Positions 38,682 through 49,430 of a stretch of 64,000 nucleotides of DNA are shown one piece after another. The stretch is from the NCBI GenBank assembly GCA_017456145.1, contig JAFTJZ010000091.1, forward strand, positions 18,519 to 82,518, given 5' to 3'. The DNA is from Clostridia bacterium. Lineage in GTDB: Bacteria > Bacillota > Clostridia > Oscillospirales > CAG-272. Both the position numbers and the translations under genes were made by a program. Under the pieces are notes generated by a model that worked only from the letters and a program-made list of their open reading frames with translations, was not told where the DNA came from and ran no database searches. Positions within the stretch are counted from its first letter, which is position 1. Every line of letters begins with the position of its first letter.

Positions 38682-40526
38682 TTACTTATTCCCCTGCAGC
38701 GCGCGACGGATGCGCATCATTTCCTTCATGCGCAACTCGGTGTTGAGGATCTTTTTGCGCAGACGGATGCTCTTGGGTGTGACCTCGATCAGCTCATCGT
38801 CCTTGATAAACTCAATGGCCTCCTCCAAAGAGAAGATAACGGGCGGAGTCAGCAGCAGCTTTTCGTCCGCGCCCGCGGAGCGGATGGCGGTCAGCTGCTT
38901 GGTCTTGCAGGGATTGACGGCAATGTCGTCGTTCTTGGGATTCTCGCCCACGATCATGCCCTCGTAAACGGGCGTCTGGGGACCGACGAACATTCTGCCG
39001 CGATCCTGCGTGTTGAAAAGCCCGTAGCGCGTTGTCTCGCCCGCCTCGGATGCCACAAGGCAGCCCGTCAGTCTCATGGAGACCTCACCGCGGAAGGGCT
39101 GATAGCTGTCAAAAATACTGTTGAGCACGCCCTCGCCGTGCGTCACCGTCAAAAATTCGGAACGATATCCAAACAAGCAGCGCGCAGGGATCAGATATTC
39201 GATGCGGGTACGGCTGCCAACGGGCTGCATCTCCAAAAGATCACCCTTGCGCTGGCTCAGCTTTTCCACCACCGCACCGACGTAATCCATCGGCACGTCA
39301 ACCGTGACACGCTCCATCGGCTCACACTTGACGCCGTCGATCTCGCGGTAAAGCACACGGGGATTGGAGCAGGTCAGCTCAAAGCCCTCGCGACGCATAT
39401 TTTCAATCAGAATGGACAGGTGCATCTCACCGCGACCCGCCACGCGGAACTCGTCGGTCGAGTCTCCGTCGGAAACACGCAAGGATACGTCCTTGAGCAG
39501 CTCGCGGTAGAGTCTGTCGCGCAGCTGGCGGGAGGTCACATACTTGCCCTCCTTGCCCGCAAGCGGGCTGTCGTTGACCGAGAAGGTCATTTCCATGGTC
39601 GGCTCGCTCACCTTGACAAATTCCAATGGCTCGGGCGCGGTCGTGGAAGTGATGGTGTCACCGATGGTAATGCTCTCTGCACCCGAAAAACAAATGATAT
39701 CGCCCATCTGTGCGTTCTCTACAGGGGTGCGTCCCAGACCGTCGATCTGATAAAGCGAGACAATCTTGGTACGCTTGGGAGAGACATCCTTGTTGTGGTA
39801 GTTGCAGATCAGAGCCTCCTGACCAACCTTGATCGAACCGCGCTCAATGCGACCGATCCCGATGCGGCCGACGTAGTCGTTGTAGTCGATGGAGGAGATC
39901 AGCATCTGCAGCTCTCCCTCTCCGTCGCCTTCGGGCGCGGGAATGTAGTCCAGAATGGTATCAAACAACGGCTGCAGATCGACGCCGGGCACGTCGGGAG
40001 AGGTCGATGCCGTACCCGCGCGCCCCGAGCAGTAAAGCATAGGGCTGTCCAGCTGCTCGTCGCTGGCATTGAGATCGATCAATAGCTCCAAGATCTCATC
40101 CTCGACCTCGCCAAGGCGAGCGTCGGGCTTGTCAATCTTGTTGATGACGACAATGACGCGATGGTTAAGCTCCAGCGCGCGCTGAAGCACGAAACGGGTC
40201 TGCGGCATGGGACCCTCAGCCGCGTCAACCAGCAAAATGACACCGTTGACCATCTTCAGAATACGCTCCACCTCACCGCCGAAATCGGCGTGTCCGGGGG
40301 TATCGACGATATTGATCTTGATGTCCTTGTAGGTCACCGAGGTATTCTTGGCAAGAATGGTGATACCGCGCTCACGCTCCAGGGCGTTGGAATCCATGAC
40401 GCGATCGGTCGTCGCCTGGTTCTCGCGGTAAGCGCCGCCCTGCTTGAGCAATCCGTCCACCAGCGTGGTCTTTCCGTGGTCAACGTGGGCAATAATGGCA
40501 ATGTTTCTCAAATCTTCTCTGATCAC
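38682..40526 (-). CDS. typA: Translational GTPase TypA/BipA
   Basis: [41 protein letters not shown]. Confidence 0.97.
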   Translation of the reverse strand: MIREDLRNIAIIAHVDHGKTTLVDGLLKQGGAYRENQATTDRVMDSNALERERGITILAKNTSVTYKDIKINIVDTPGHADFGGEVERILKMVNGVILLVDAAEGPMPQTRFVLQRALELNHRVIVVINKIDKPDARLGEVEDEILELLIDLNASDEQLDSPMLYCSGRAGTASTSPDVPGVDLQPLFDTILDYIPAPEGDGEGELQMLISSIDYNDYVGRIGIGRIERGSIKVGQEALICNYHNKDVSPKRTKIVSLYQIDGLGRTPVENAQMGDIICFSGAESITIGDTITSTTAPEPLEFVKVSEPTMEMTFSVNDSPLAGKEGKYVTSRQLRDRLYRELLKDVSLRVSDGDSTDEFRVAGRGEMHLSILIENMRREGFELTCSNPRVLYREIDGVKCEPMERVTVDVPMDYVGAVVEKLSQRKGDLLEMQPVGSRTRIEYLIPARCLFGYRSEFLTVTHGEGVLNSIFDSYQPFRGEVSMRLTGCLVASEAGETTRYGLFNTQDRGRMFVGPQTPVYEGMIVGENPKNDDIAVNPCKTKQLTAIRSAGADEKLLLTPPVIFSLEEAIEFIKDDELIEVTPKSIRLRKKILNTELRMKEMMRIRRALQGNK

Positions 40527-40804
40527 AGTTTTTATCTCCTTATTTCATCGTTTTATGGGCACACTTTTTAACACTATATTATATCACAAATTTTGTCAAG
40601 AATAAATACGAAAAAAAACGGTTTTTTCCTGCTCTTGGCAAGTTTTTTTGTGTTTTTTGTTGAAAATCGATTGCGTGTGCGCACAATCGACGGGATTCCA
40701 AAGAAATCGGATTGACAACAAGCGCACTTTGTGGTATACTAAAATGGTACATCACGCTGCGCCGACCGATTTTTGGTGCGCAGATTTGAAATTAAGGAGC
40801 CCCC

Positions 40805-41461
40805 ATGAAGATACAAGCAGCAATATTTGATTTGGACGGTACACTTGCCGACACCATTGACGCCATCCGACAGAGCATCAACGACACCATGCGACAATAC
40901 GGTTATCCCGAGCGCAGCTACGACGAGGTGCGCCGCGCCATCGGCAATGGGGCGAGAAATCTCATTCGCGGTACGCTACCCGCAGAGCTTGCTCAGGACG
41001 AGGCATTGGTCAGCCGTGTCTTTTCCACATATCAGGACAACTACGACCAAAACCACCTTGCGACCGATCGCTGCTACGACGGGATTCCCCAAGTCATTTC
41101 TGATCTTCACGCGGCGGGGGTACGTCTTGCCGTCCTCTCCAACAAGCAGGATCGCCATGTCCGCGGCTTGGTCGCACAGCTGTTCCCAAACGGTGAATTT
41201 GAAATCGCCATGGGACAGACCGAGCTGCCCCGCAAGCCCGACCCGACCGTCCCGCGGATGCTCGCCGCGCGCATGGGCGTCGCGCCCGAGTGCTGCGCTT
41301 TCATCGGCGACAGTGAGGTGGACATCCGTACCGCCAAAAACGCGGGAATGCCGTCTTTCGGCTGTACGTGGGGCTACCGCGATGCGCAGCTCCTTGCGGA
41401 CGAGGGCGCGGATCACATCGCCGACACCCCCGAAGCATTGTGCATGATGCTTTTCAAATAA
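40805..41461 (+). CDS. HAD phosphatase (phosphoglycolate phosphatase-like)
   Basis: FDLDGTL, LSNK, KPDP, IGDSEVD. Confidence 0.9.
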   Translation: MKIQAAIFDLDGTLADTIDAIRQSINDTMRQYGYPERSYDEVRRAIGNGARNLIRGTLPAELAQDEALVSRVFSTYQDNYDQNHLATDRCYDGIPQVISDLHAAGVRLAVLSNKQDRHVRGLVAQLFPNGEFEIAMGQTELPRKPDPTVPRMLAARMGVAPECCAFIGDSEVDIRTAKNAGMPSFGCTWGYRDAQLLADEGADHIADTPEALCMMLFK

Positions 41462-41486
41462 ACGTCAAAGAAACGAGGTAATCACC

Positions 41487-43145
41487 ATGTTCAACCTTCA
41501 CACCCGTCTGACCTCCTCTCTGGAGAAGGGTTTCCTTGAGCAGTGGCCCGAGCAATTCCCCGCTCTGCACCGTGCGACCATACTGCGCAATCAGCATCTC
41601 GCCTTTCAATTGTTGTATCGTCTGGATGCGGACAATCACGCGCGCCGCTTTTCACTGAAGATCGAGGGCGAGCTCGCCCCCTACGTCACGCTGTACACCG
41701 TCGAGCAGGTACCCGTTCTGATGCCCTGCTTTCTTGGCAAGGTAGACGATAACTACCTGCGCACCACACCGGGGCTTTATCCCGATCTGCTGCAGCCGAT
41801 CCACTATAGCAATGCCCTGTTTTTTGTCAAGGAACAGCTGCGCAGCCTTTGGATCAACGTAGACACCAAGGGACAGGTGGAGGCGGGAATATATCCCCTT
41901 TCGCTGGTCATCCACAGTCCTGAGGGAGAGGAGCTCCGCCGCGAGACGCTGGAGATTGAAATTCTTGCGGCCGACCTCCCCGACCACGGCTTGATTTTGA
42001 CGCAATGGTTCCACTGCGATTGTCTTGCGAACTACTACGGCTACGAGGTATTCTCCGAGCGTCACTGGGAGATCATGGAGAATTTCATGCGCACGGCGGT
42101 TGAATACGGGCAGAATATGATCCTCACCCCCCTGTTCACCCCGCCGCTTGACACCGCCGTCGGCGGAGAACGCTTGACGACGCAGCTGGTTGCCGTCACC
42201 AAAAACGGCGACGAATATACCTTCGACTTTACGCTGCTTGACCGCTACATGGACACCGCCTTACGGGCGGGAATGAAGTATTTTGAAATGTCGCACCTGT
42301 TCACCCAGTGGGGTGCTGCACACGCTCCCAAGATCATGGCAACGGTGGACGGAGAATACCGCCGCATCTTCGGTTGGGAGAGTGATGCCACGGGCGAGGA
42401 ATACACCACCTTCCTGCAGGATTTCCTCCCCGCGCTGATCACTCACCTGAAGGAACGCGGCTTGGACAAAGCGTGTAAATACCATATCTCCGACGAGCCC
42501 AACGACGACTGTCTGGAGCAATACCGTCGCGCGCAGGCGGTGGTTGCCGAGGCTCTTGAGGGCTACGACATCATGGACGCGCTTTCCTCCTTTGAATTCT
42601 ACAAGCAGGACGTGACCAAGATGCCCATTCCTGCCAGCAACCACATCGAACCCTTCCTCACAGAAAATATCTCCGGCCTTTGGACCTATTACTGCTGCGC
42701 TCAGCACACCAACGTCAGCAATCGTTTCATTGCCCAGCCCTCCTGGCGTAACCGCGCGTTGGGAATGCAGTGCTTTAAGTACGATATTGCGGGATTTTTG
42801 CAATGGGGCTACAATTTCTACAACAATATGTACTCGGTGAACAGCATCAATCCCTACCTCTGCAACGACGGTGAGATGCAGGTTCCCGCGGGAGATGCCT
42901 TTGTCGTCTATCCCGGGCAGGACGGTCACCCGATGGTGTCGCTGCGCCTGGTCGTCTTCCGCGAGAGCTTGGAGGATATCGCCGCCATGAAACTCGCTGC
43001 CTCGCTGTGCGGCAAGGATGCCGTCGTCGCCGCCATCGAGAACGCTTACGGCAAGCCCGTTCGCTTTGATGACTGCCCCCACACCGCCGACGAAATGCTC
43101 CGCGTCAGAGCCGCAGTCGATGCTTTGATTAAAGAAAATGTATGA
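41487..43145 (+). CDS. DUF4091 / GH123-like glycoside hydrolase
   Basis: TQWFHCDC, HLFTQWGA, HISDEP, WTYYCC, GFLQWGYNF, GDAFVVYP. Confidence 0.8.
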   Translation: MFNLHTRLTSSLEKGFLEQWPEQFPALHRATILRNQHLAFQLLYRLDADNHARRFSLKIEGELAPYVTLYTVEQVPVLMPCFLGKVDDNYLRTTPGLYPDLLQPIHYSNALFFVKEQLRSLWINVDTKGQVEAGIYPLSLVIHSPEGEELRRETLEIEILAADLPDHGLILTQWFHCDCLANYYGYEVFSERHWEIMENFMRTAVEYGQNMILTPLFTPPLDTAVGGERLTTQLVAVTKNGDEYTFDFTLLDRYMDTALRAGMKYFEMSHLFTQWGAAHAPKIMATVDGEYRRIFGWESDATGEEYTTFLQDFLPALITHLKERGLDKACKYHISDEPNDDCLEQYRRAQAVVAEALEGYDIMDALSSFEFYKQDVTKMPIPASNHIEPFLTENISGLWTYYCCAQHTNVSNRFIAQPSWRNRALGMQCFKYDIAGFLQWGYNFYNNMYSVNSINPYLCNDGEMQVPAGDAFVVYPGQDGHPMVSLRLVVFRESLEDIAAMKLAASLCGKDAVVAAIENAYGKPVRFDDCPHTADEMLRVRAAVDALIKENV

Positions 43146-43150
43146 GTAAT

Positions 43151-43414
43151 GCGGGGGGAACTTTTTTGGAAAAAAGTTCCCCCCGCACCCCCTTCAAAAA
43201 ACTTGTAAAATAAATGGATAGGATGCTTTCGTTACAATGACATCCTATCCATTTTTTGTTCAAGTTCTTGAAGGGAGGGGTACGGGGAGGGGAACGATGT
43301 TTGTCGGTCGTGATGTTTTGCATAGCAAAACGGCACGATGACGGCGTTCAGCCGTCAAGGCAAACTCGAAGATCGCTTGCGATCATCTTCTTATCAAGAA
43401 TTTTCCCTCCCCGC
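43151..43414. repeat. REPIN-like doublet, copy I (inverted homolog of H) with a 92-nt insert at 43296-43387
   Basis: Its reverse complement aligns with 38501-38669 apart from the insert. Confidence 0.9.
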
Positions 43415-43426
43415 AAAAAACATCTC

Positions 43427-44197
43427 TCAAATCGCCTCGATAAACGCCAATCCACGCAGCACGTCTGCTTCGGGGCGCTTTTGCTCCAATGTTTTTATGA
43501 CATCCAGACGCTTGATCGCGCGATGAAAGTCTAACGGCAGGTCTCCCTCACCGGGAATAAGATGCATATCGCACATAAACGCCTCTCGATTGGTCAACTT
43601 AGCATCCGACCAGTGCACCCGTCCAATCCATTCGGGATGCTTGAGATATTCGTACAAATAGGCAAACCGCTCCTGAGCACTCTCCTTGGTTGCCGCACCT
43701 GTAGCCGCGTGACTAGTATCCAGCGTCAGCATGACGTTATCTCGGCAAACATCCGTATAGATTTGAAACCATTCTTCCGCCATAGAACCATACGCCTTGC
43801 GATGCGCCATGTGCAGCGCTTGATTTTCAAGACAAAGTATGATTTTTTTCGTTGCCGCATAATCGGCAACGGCACGAATCCCCTCAATCATGCGCTCGTA
43901 ATTGCCCACTACCTCGCCGTGCAGTGCCTCAATGCCCATCAGATGCATGACCATACGATCTACGGGATAGCAGCATCCGGTATCAATGGCGGTCTTGAGC
44001 GTTTCAATTGAGCGTTGCCGCCATGCATCGTCTAATGCGGCAAGATTCAGATTGGCATACGGCAGATGAACACCGTAGACAAAAGGAACGTACTGCTCCC
44101 AATTCGGCAAAACGTCATAACGACCAATGTGCGCCTCTACGCCAAGATGCTGCTCGGTCAGAAATTTCGGGGTATGTACGGGACAGATCAATAACAT
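43427..44197 (-). CDS. Xylose isomerase-like / AP endonuclease family 2 TIM barrel
   Basis: GVHLP, LCLENQ, TLDTSH, VHWSD, HLIPGEG. Confidence 0.8.
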   Translation of the reverse strand: MLLICPVHTPKFLTEQHLGVEAHIGRYDVLPNWEQYVPFVYGVHLPYANLNLAALDDAWRQRSIETLKTAIDTGCCYPVDRMVMHLMGIEALHGEVVGNYERMIEGIRAVADYAATKKIILCLENQALHMAHRKAYGSMAEEWFQIYTDVCRDNVMLTLDTSHAATGAATKESAQERFAYLYEYLKHPEWIGRVHWSDAKLTNREAFMCDMHLIPGEGDLPLDFHRAIKRLDVIKTLEQKRPEADVLRGLAFIEAI

Positions 44198-44206
44198 ACG
44201 ATCACC

Positions 44207-45226
44207 TCACAAGAATACGGGATTCAATACAAACTGCGGAATATATTCCCCCTCGGAATATTTGCGCGGCATCGGCTTTCCCTTCCCTCGTACACGGAAA
44301 TAGCCCTTGCCGGGAAGTGTAGCACGGTATGAAAAATTCTTTGAAACGTCGGTAAGAGAAGTCACCAACTCTCCGTTTGAAATAATGTCTACCTGTTCCA
44401 TCTCCACGTTTGCCTCAAAGGATAGCGTCACGTCATAATAGCCCTCCCGGTCGGTCGGCTCGGCGGTAAAGACAGGATTCTGAATACAATTGCCCACGGT
44501 GCAGAAGAATCTGCCCTCACGGTAGGCGCGGATGATCTCATCGTACGTGTTTTCTTCGACCCAAAGTACATCCTGCACAAATTCGCCGGGATAATAATCG
44601 TCGCCTCCGTCATCAAAATGCTTATGGAAATCGGAGCCGTTACGGGCATACAGACGGTAGCCGGCACAAAGCAGACGATCCCATTCTTCCCCGATCCGCC
44701 AGGTCTGCTTGGCACGTCGTTCCCTGCGGTCAACGCAAGCGATGACCTTGAATACATCATTCTCTGCAGCCAACGCCTCTAAATCCTCATAAGAAACGTC
44801 GGGAGAGTTCGGATGATTGAAGATCATAAACGTTTGATCCTCTCCCCACCCGTCTTTGACATAGCGCATCTCCTGCAATGCTTCTTCAATTCCCTCGTGA
44901 CCGCTTTGACGGTGGAAATGGCGCACCAGCTCCCGCTGCAGCGCAAACTCACGATTATCCGGCACGGTCACAAACATGGTGTGACGCTGGATGGGGAAAT
45001 TCTGCTCGGCTGTGTGAAAAATCGGCAGCTCCGGATAACGTTCTCTTGCCTCCAGCACCTCGCGATACTGCGCCTCAAAGCAATCGGGCGTATCATAGGA
45101 ATGTCCGGAAATTCCGATAAAATCAATATAAGGGCGGCTACGCTTGATAATCTCCAAAACAGACAACGTACCGTCGTTACAATTTTGCGTGTGAACGTGA
45201 AGATCGCCTTTGATCCATTTTCCCAT
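44207..45226 (-). CDS. PHP-domain metallophosphoesterase-like protein
   Basis: KGDLHVHT..NDG, FNHP, GSDFH. Confidence 0.8.
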   Translation of the reverse strand: MGKWIKGDLHVHTQNCNDGTLSVLEIIKRSRPYIDFIGISGHSYDTPDCFEAQYREVLEARERYPELPIFHTAEQNFPIQRHTMFVTVPDNREFALQRELVRHFHRQSGHEGIEEALQEMRYVKDGWGEDQTFMIFNHPNSPDVSYEDLEALAAENDVFKVIACVDRRERRAKQTWRIGEEWDRLLCAGYRLYARNGSDFHKHFDDGGDDYYPGEFVQDVLWVEENTYDEIIRAYREGRFFCTVGNCIQNPVFTAEPTDREGYYDVTLSFEANVEMEQVDIISNGELVTSLTDVSKNFSYRATLPGKGYFRVRGKGKPMPRKYSEGEYIPQFVLNPVFL

Positions 45227-45337
45227 TTTTTGACCTCACCTTTTCCATTTTGATCTGAAAAACACGCGTTTTTCAGACTTTCTTCCCTGCTAAAAAGCGA
45301 AAAAAGTCCACTTGGGACTTTTTTCGCGTATCAATCA

Positions 45338-46495
45338 TTAAATGAAACGAACGCGGATCATACCGTCGATGGTACGGATCAGCTCTTCCGTCTCGGCGCT
45401 GACCGAGCCGGTGATATCCACGATGGTGTAAGCGACCTCACCGCGCGACTTGTTGGTCATATTCTCGATATTGGCGCCGTCGTTGGCAACGACCATGGTG
45501 ATCTTGCGCAGCACCTCGGGAACATTCTTATGCAGGCAGCAGATACGCAGATCGCCGCTGCGAGGCATGGTCACGGTGGGGTAATTGACGCTGTTCTGGA
45601 TATTACCGTTGGTCAGATACTCATCCAGCTCACGCGCTGCCATGATGGCGCAGTTATCCTCGGACTCCTCGGTGGAGGCGCCCAGATGAGGGATGGCAAC
45701 GATCCCCTTGACACCGACCGTCTCGGGCGTGGGGAAATCGGTCACATAAGACGCGATCTTTCCCGATGCAAGTGCCGCCTTGACATCCTCGGCGTTGACC
45801 AGATCGGCACGTGCGAGGTTGACGATGCGAACACCGTCCTTCATGGTCGCGATGGTGGAGGCATTGATCATGCCCTTTGTGTCCTTGGTTGCGGGGACGT
45901 GCAGTGTGATATAATCGGCCTTCTCGAAGATCTCCTCGTAGGCGGCCGCCTTGACAACATGATGATTGAGGTTCCAAGCCGCCTCTACCGACAGGAAGGG
46001 GTCACAGCCGATGACCTTCATCCCAAGGTGGACCGCGACGTTGGCGACCATACCGCCGATGGCACCCAGACCAATGACACCCAGCGTCTTGCCCTTAAGC
46101 TCCACGCCTGCGAATGCGGACTTGCCCTTTTCGACCTGCTTTGCGACATCGTCGCCGGCAAGGCCGTTCGCCCAATCGACACCGCCGACCACGTTACGGG
46201 ATGCCAGCAGCAGTGCGCACAGCGTCAGCTCCTTGACACCGTTGGCATTGGCGCCGGGGGTATTGAATACCACGATGCCCTCCTCAGCACAGCGCTCGAC
46301 GGGAATGTTATTGACACCCGCACCTGCGCGGGCAATGGCGAGCAGATTGTCACCGAAGGTCATGTCGTGCATGGCAGCGGAACGAACCATGATGCCTGTG
46401 GGATTTTCGGCAGCATCGGTCAGCATATATTTGTCGGCAGGCAGCATATCCGTGCCGACCTTGGCAATTTTATTGAGCAACAGAATTTCTTGCAT
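45338..46495 (-). CDS. serA: D-3-phosphoglycerate dehydrogenase
   Basis: ARAGAGVNNI, GVIGLGAIG, PHLGASTEESE, C-terminal ACT; follows serC. Confidence 0.93.
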   Translation of the reverse strand: MQEILLLNKIAKVGTDMLPADKYMLTDAAENPTGIMVRSAAMHDMTFGDNLLAIARAGAGVNNIPVERCAEEGIVVFNTPGANANGVKELTLCALLLASRNVVGGVDWANGLAGDDVAKQVEKGKSAFAGVELKGKTLGVIGLGAIGGMVANVAVHLGMKVIGCDPFLSVEAAWNLNHHVVKAAAYEEIFEKADYITLHVPATKDTKGMINASTIATMKDGVRIVNLARADLVNAEDVKAALASGKIASYVTDFPTPETVGVKGIVAIPHLGASTEESEDNCAIMAARELDEYLTNGNIQNSVNYPTVTMPRSGDLRICCLHKNVPEVLRKITMVVANDGANIENMTNKSRGEVAYTIVDITGSVSAETEELIRTIDGMIRVRFI

Positions 46496-46517
46496 GATTT
46501 GTCTCCTTGTGATTGAC

Positions 46518-47609
46518 TTATGCCTTGGGATTCTCGGCAGCAAACTTCTTCATGAAGGCTACCAGCGCCTGAACGCCCTCGTAGGGCATGGCGTTATAAA
46601 TGGAGGCGCGCATACCGCCAACGGAGCGGTGACCCTTGAGGTTCTTCAGCCCCGCAGCCGCTGCATCGGACGCAAACTTCTTATCCAGATCTGCATCTCC
46701 TGTGACAAAGGTGACGTTCATCATGGAACGGCTGTCCTTTTTGACGGGAGCGATATAATAGTCCTGACTATCCAGATAATCGTACAGCAGCGTAGCCTTC
46801 TTGACGTTCATTTCCTTCATCACGTCAAGACCGCCAAGGGAAAGGATCCAATCGTAGACCAGCTTTGCAACGTAGATCGTGTAGCAGGGGGGCGTGTTGT
46901 ACATTGAGCCGTTCTCTGCCATGGTCTTCCACTCCAGCATGGTGGGCATCTTCTCCTCAGCATACTCCAGAAGATCCTCACGGACGATGACCAGCGTCAT
47001 ACCTGCAGGAGCCATATTCTTCTGCGCACCTGCGTAGATCACGCCGAACTTGGAGACATCCACAGGCTCGGAAATGATGCAGGAGGACATATCGGCAACC
47101 AGAGGAATATCGCCCGTATCGGGGATGTAGGAATACTTGGTGCCGTAGATGGTGTTGTTAAAACAAATATGCACGTATGCCGCGTCGGGGCGGATCATAT
47201 CGGGCGTCACGGTGGGGATGTGATCGAAGTTATCATCCTTGGTGGTGGCAATGCACTTGACGTCATACCCAAGCTTTTGCGCCTCCTTGAATGCCTTGCC
47301 TGAGAACTGACCGGAAACGACGTAATCTGCCTTCCCCGTGCGGCCGATCAGATTCATGGGAACGGCTGCAAACTGGGTGGACGCACCGCCCTGCAGGAAA
47401 AGCACCTTATAGTTGTCGGGAATGTTCATCAGCTGACGCAGCTGTGCCTCGGCAGCCTCAATGATGGGCTCATAGTCCTTGGAGCGGTGGGACATCTCCA
47501 TGACGGACATACCGCTCTCACCATAGCAAAGCATCTCTGCCGCTGCTCTCTCCAGCACAGGCACGGGGAGCATCGAAGGACCTGCGGAAAAGTTGTAAAC
47601 TCTGTTCAT
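46518..47609 (-). CDS. serC: Phosphoserine aminotransferase
   Basis: NFSAGP, EMSHRS, AGAQKN, YNTPP, GHRSVGGMRAS. Confidence 0.97.
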   Translation of the reverse strand: MNRVYNFSAGPSMLPVPVLERAAAEMLCYGESGMSVMEMSHRSKDYEPIIEAAEAQLRQLMNIPDNYKVLFLQGGASTQFAAVPMNLIGRTGKADYVVSGQFSGKAFKEAQKLGYDVKCIATTKDDNFDHIPTVTPDMIRPDAAYVHICFNNTIYGTKYSYIPDTGDIPLVADMSSCIISEPVDVSKFGVIYAGAQKNMAPAGMTLVIVREDLLEYAEEKMPTMLEWKTMAENGSMYNTPPCYTIYVAKLVYDWILSLGGLDVMKEMNVKKATLLYDYLDSQDYYIAPVKKDSRSMMNVTFVTGDADLDKKFASDAAAAGLKNLKGHRSVGGMRASIYNAMPYEGVQALVAFMKKFAAENPKA

Positions 47610-47637
47610 TTTTTATGTATCTCCTTTGTTAAATAAA

Positions 47638-48282
47638 TCAATGTTGATCGGGCGCGCTCTCGCCCTTGACGGTGATCCATTCTTTGGCGTATGGCAAAGA
47701 CATGATCCACTCACACAGTGTATGCCACTCGGCGAGCTTATGATTACGACGCGCGTAATAAATATTGATCAGATTTTCGTAATTCATGGTCACGGTACGC
47801 AGCTGGTTATAGCTCGTGGGAAGGATCTGAATGATGTTGTGCCATGGGGTACGATCCTCCTTGTTCTCAAGAAAACGCAATCTCTCGCCCTCCAGATAGG
47901 CAATGATGGCATCCAGCATACAGAGACCACCCGCATCCAATCGGTCACAGGAAAAATCCTCGCGACAAAAGGGCTTGGTATGGATCTTATGCATGGTCGA
48001 GGTGGAGTTGGCAACGGTACCCACCTTATAAGTGTCAAATTCCTTCCACCAGTACAGCGGCGCGGTGATATCCACACTGACGAAAATCTGACGCAGGAAT
48101 TTTCTGTGGTCGCTCCCTGCGGTCGCCAGTCGACGGCCGAAATCCAGATCGATGGGGCCGAGAACAAAATTCCCCGCCTCGTCGTAGTAGCTGTCGGATT
48201 TTGCCCAACTGTTCATGGGATTTCTTGCACCGCGAATCGCATGATCCAGATTCATAACGGCGGTGTTTTTTACGCTTAACAT
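47638..48282 (-). CDS. Conserved hypothetical protein, distantly ThyX-like
   Basis: AIRGARNPMNSW, DHRKFLRQ, APLYWWKEFDTY, LPTSYNQ, RRNHKLAEW. Confidence 0.7.
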   Translation of the reverse strand: MLSVKNTAVMNLDHAIRGARNPMNSWAKSDSYYDEAGNFVLGPIDLDFGRRLATAGSDHRKFLRQIFVSVDITAPLYWWKEFDTYKVGTVANSTSTMHKIHTKPFCREDFSCDRLDAGGLCMLDAIIAYLEGERLRFLENKEDRTPWHNIIQILPTSYNQLRTVTMNYENLINIYYARRNHKLAEWHTLCEWIMSLPYAKEWITVKGESAPDQH

Positions 48283-48455
48283 ACCCAGACCTCCCGTTGA
48301 AAAATCTTATAACATTATATCACAAAAACGTACGTTTGTAAAGACTTTTTTCGTTTTTTTATGATTTCGACACTCGGCTGCATTTTTTTCACGGCAAGGC
48401 TGTTTTTTTATGCAAAAAAGTCGTAGGAACTTCGGAAGAGGTCGCGTTTTTCGGA

Positions 48456-49337
48456 TCACCCTATCGCAATGGCCCCCAGCGCGGCGATCAGGCTGAGCGC
48501 AGCCAGGCATAAGCATACCTGCCGCTGTCCCAGCCCTGCGTCGCAAAGGCGATGATGCAAATGTCCCCGATCCGCACGGAAGGGATTTTTCCCGTGCAGC
48601 AGCCGCCGCACGACAGCAAAGGTCAGGTCTGCCATTGGTATAAAGCACAAAAGCAAGGGAATCGCGCCCGCCCCCGTGACGTCATAAGCGCGCAAGGACA
48701 GCCAGCCGATCAAAAAGCCGAGGAACAGAGCACCTTCGTCCCCCATAAATACACGGGCAGGATGCATATTATACGGCAAATATCCGAGACAACAGCCAAG
48801 ACACCCCAGAGAAAGCACACCGCCAAGGGCATCTCCCCCCAAAAGCAGCAGCACCGCTGTACCCGCGCTCTCGGCGGCGATCACGGAGCCCGCCAGCCCA
48901 TCAATGCCGTCGATCATGTTGTGTGCATTGGTCACAAGGCACAGCCAGAGCAGCGCAAGCAACCAAGGCATCAGCATACTGCGCGTCGGCACCCCGATCA
49001 CGATCCCCCCTGCAACCAGCTGTGCGAGCAATTTGCCCCCCGCCGGCAAGCCGAACACATCATCGGCAAGCCCCAGCACCGTCAGCAACGCCGTAGCAAG
49101 CAGCAATGGCAACAGGCTGTTTTTGAGCTGTCCCAGCACCGCAAGAATGCTCCAGAAGGCACCGAACAATGCGATCCCTCCGCAGCGCGGGATGGGTCTT
49201 TTGTGCATCCGCCGCGCCTCCCGTGGGACGTCCACTGCGCCGATATAGGGGGCGATTGCCATGGACGACGGCAAGAGCGCCGCACTCATCAGTGCAACCC
49301 CGCCGCCGCACAGCACCCAAAGCAGTCTATCGCTCAT
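48456..49337 (-). CDS. Undecaprenyl-phosphate GlcNAc-1-P transferase (MraY/WecA/TagO family)
   Basis: PRCGG, GLADD, NMIDGIDGL, VFMGDEG, DRGHLHHRL. Confidence 0.9.
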   Translation of the reverse strand: MSDRLLWVLCGGGVALMSAALLPSSMAIAPYIGAVDVPREARRMHKRPIPRCGGIALFGAFWSILAVLGQLKNSLLPLLLATALLTVLGLADDVFGLPAGGKLLAQLVAGGIVIGVPTRSMLMPWLLALLWLCLVTNAHNMIDGIDGLAGSVIAAESAGTAVLLLLGGDALGGVLSLGCLGCCLGYLPYNMHPARVFMGDEGALFLGFLIGWLSLRAYDVTGAGAIPLLLCFIPMADLTFAVVRRLLHGKNPFRADRGHLHHRLCDAGLGQRQVCLCLAALSLIAALGAIAIG

Positions 49338-49430
49338 AAAAAACGCCCCCCTTCACCTCTTAACGCTCGCCGCTCGCATCGGCAAGTGCACGGATATGTA
49401 AGGGGGGTATTTATACAAGCTCTCGCGCGA

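Noticed and set aside
43296-43387. Hammerhead ribozyme or tRNA identity for the insert
   Set aside because: It lacks the CUGAUGA/GAAA core in the correct register, the second copy lacks even the partial match, and there is no cloverleaf with D, anticodon and T arms.
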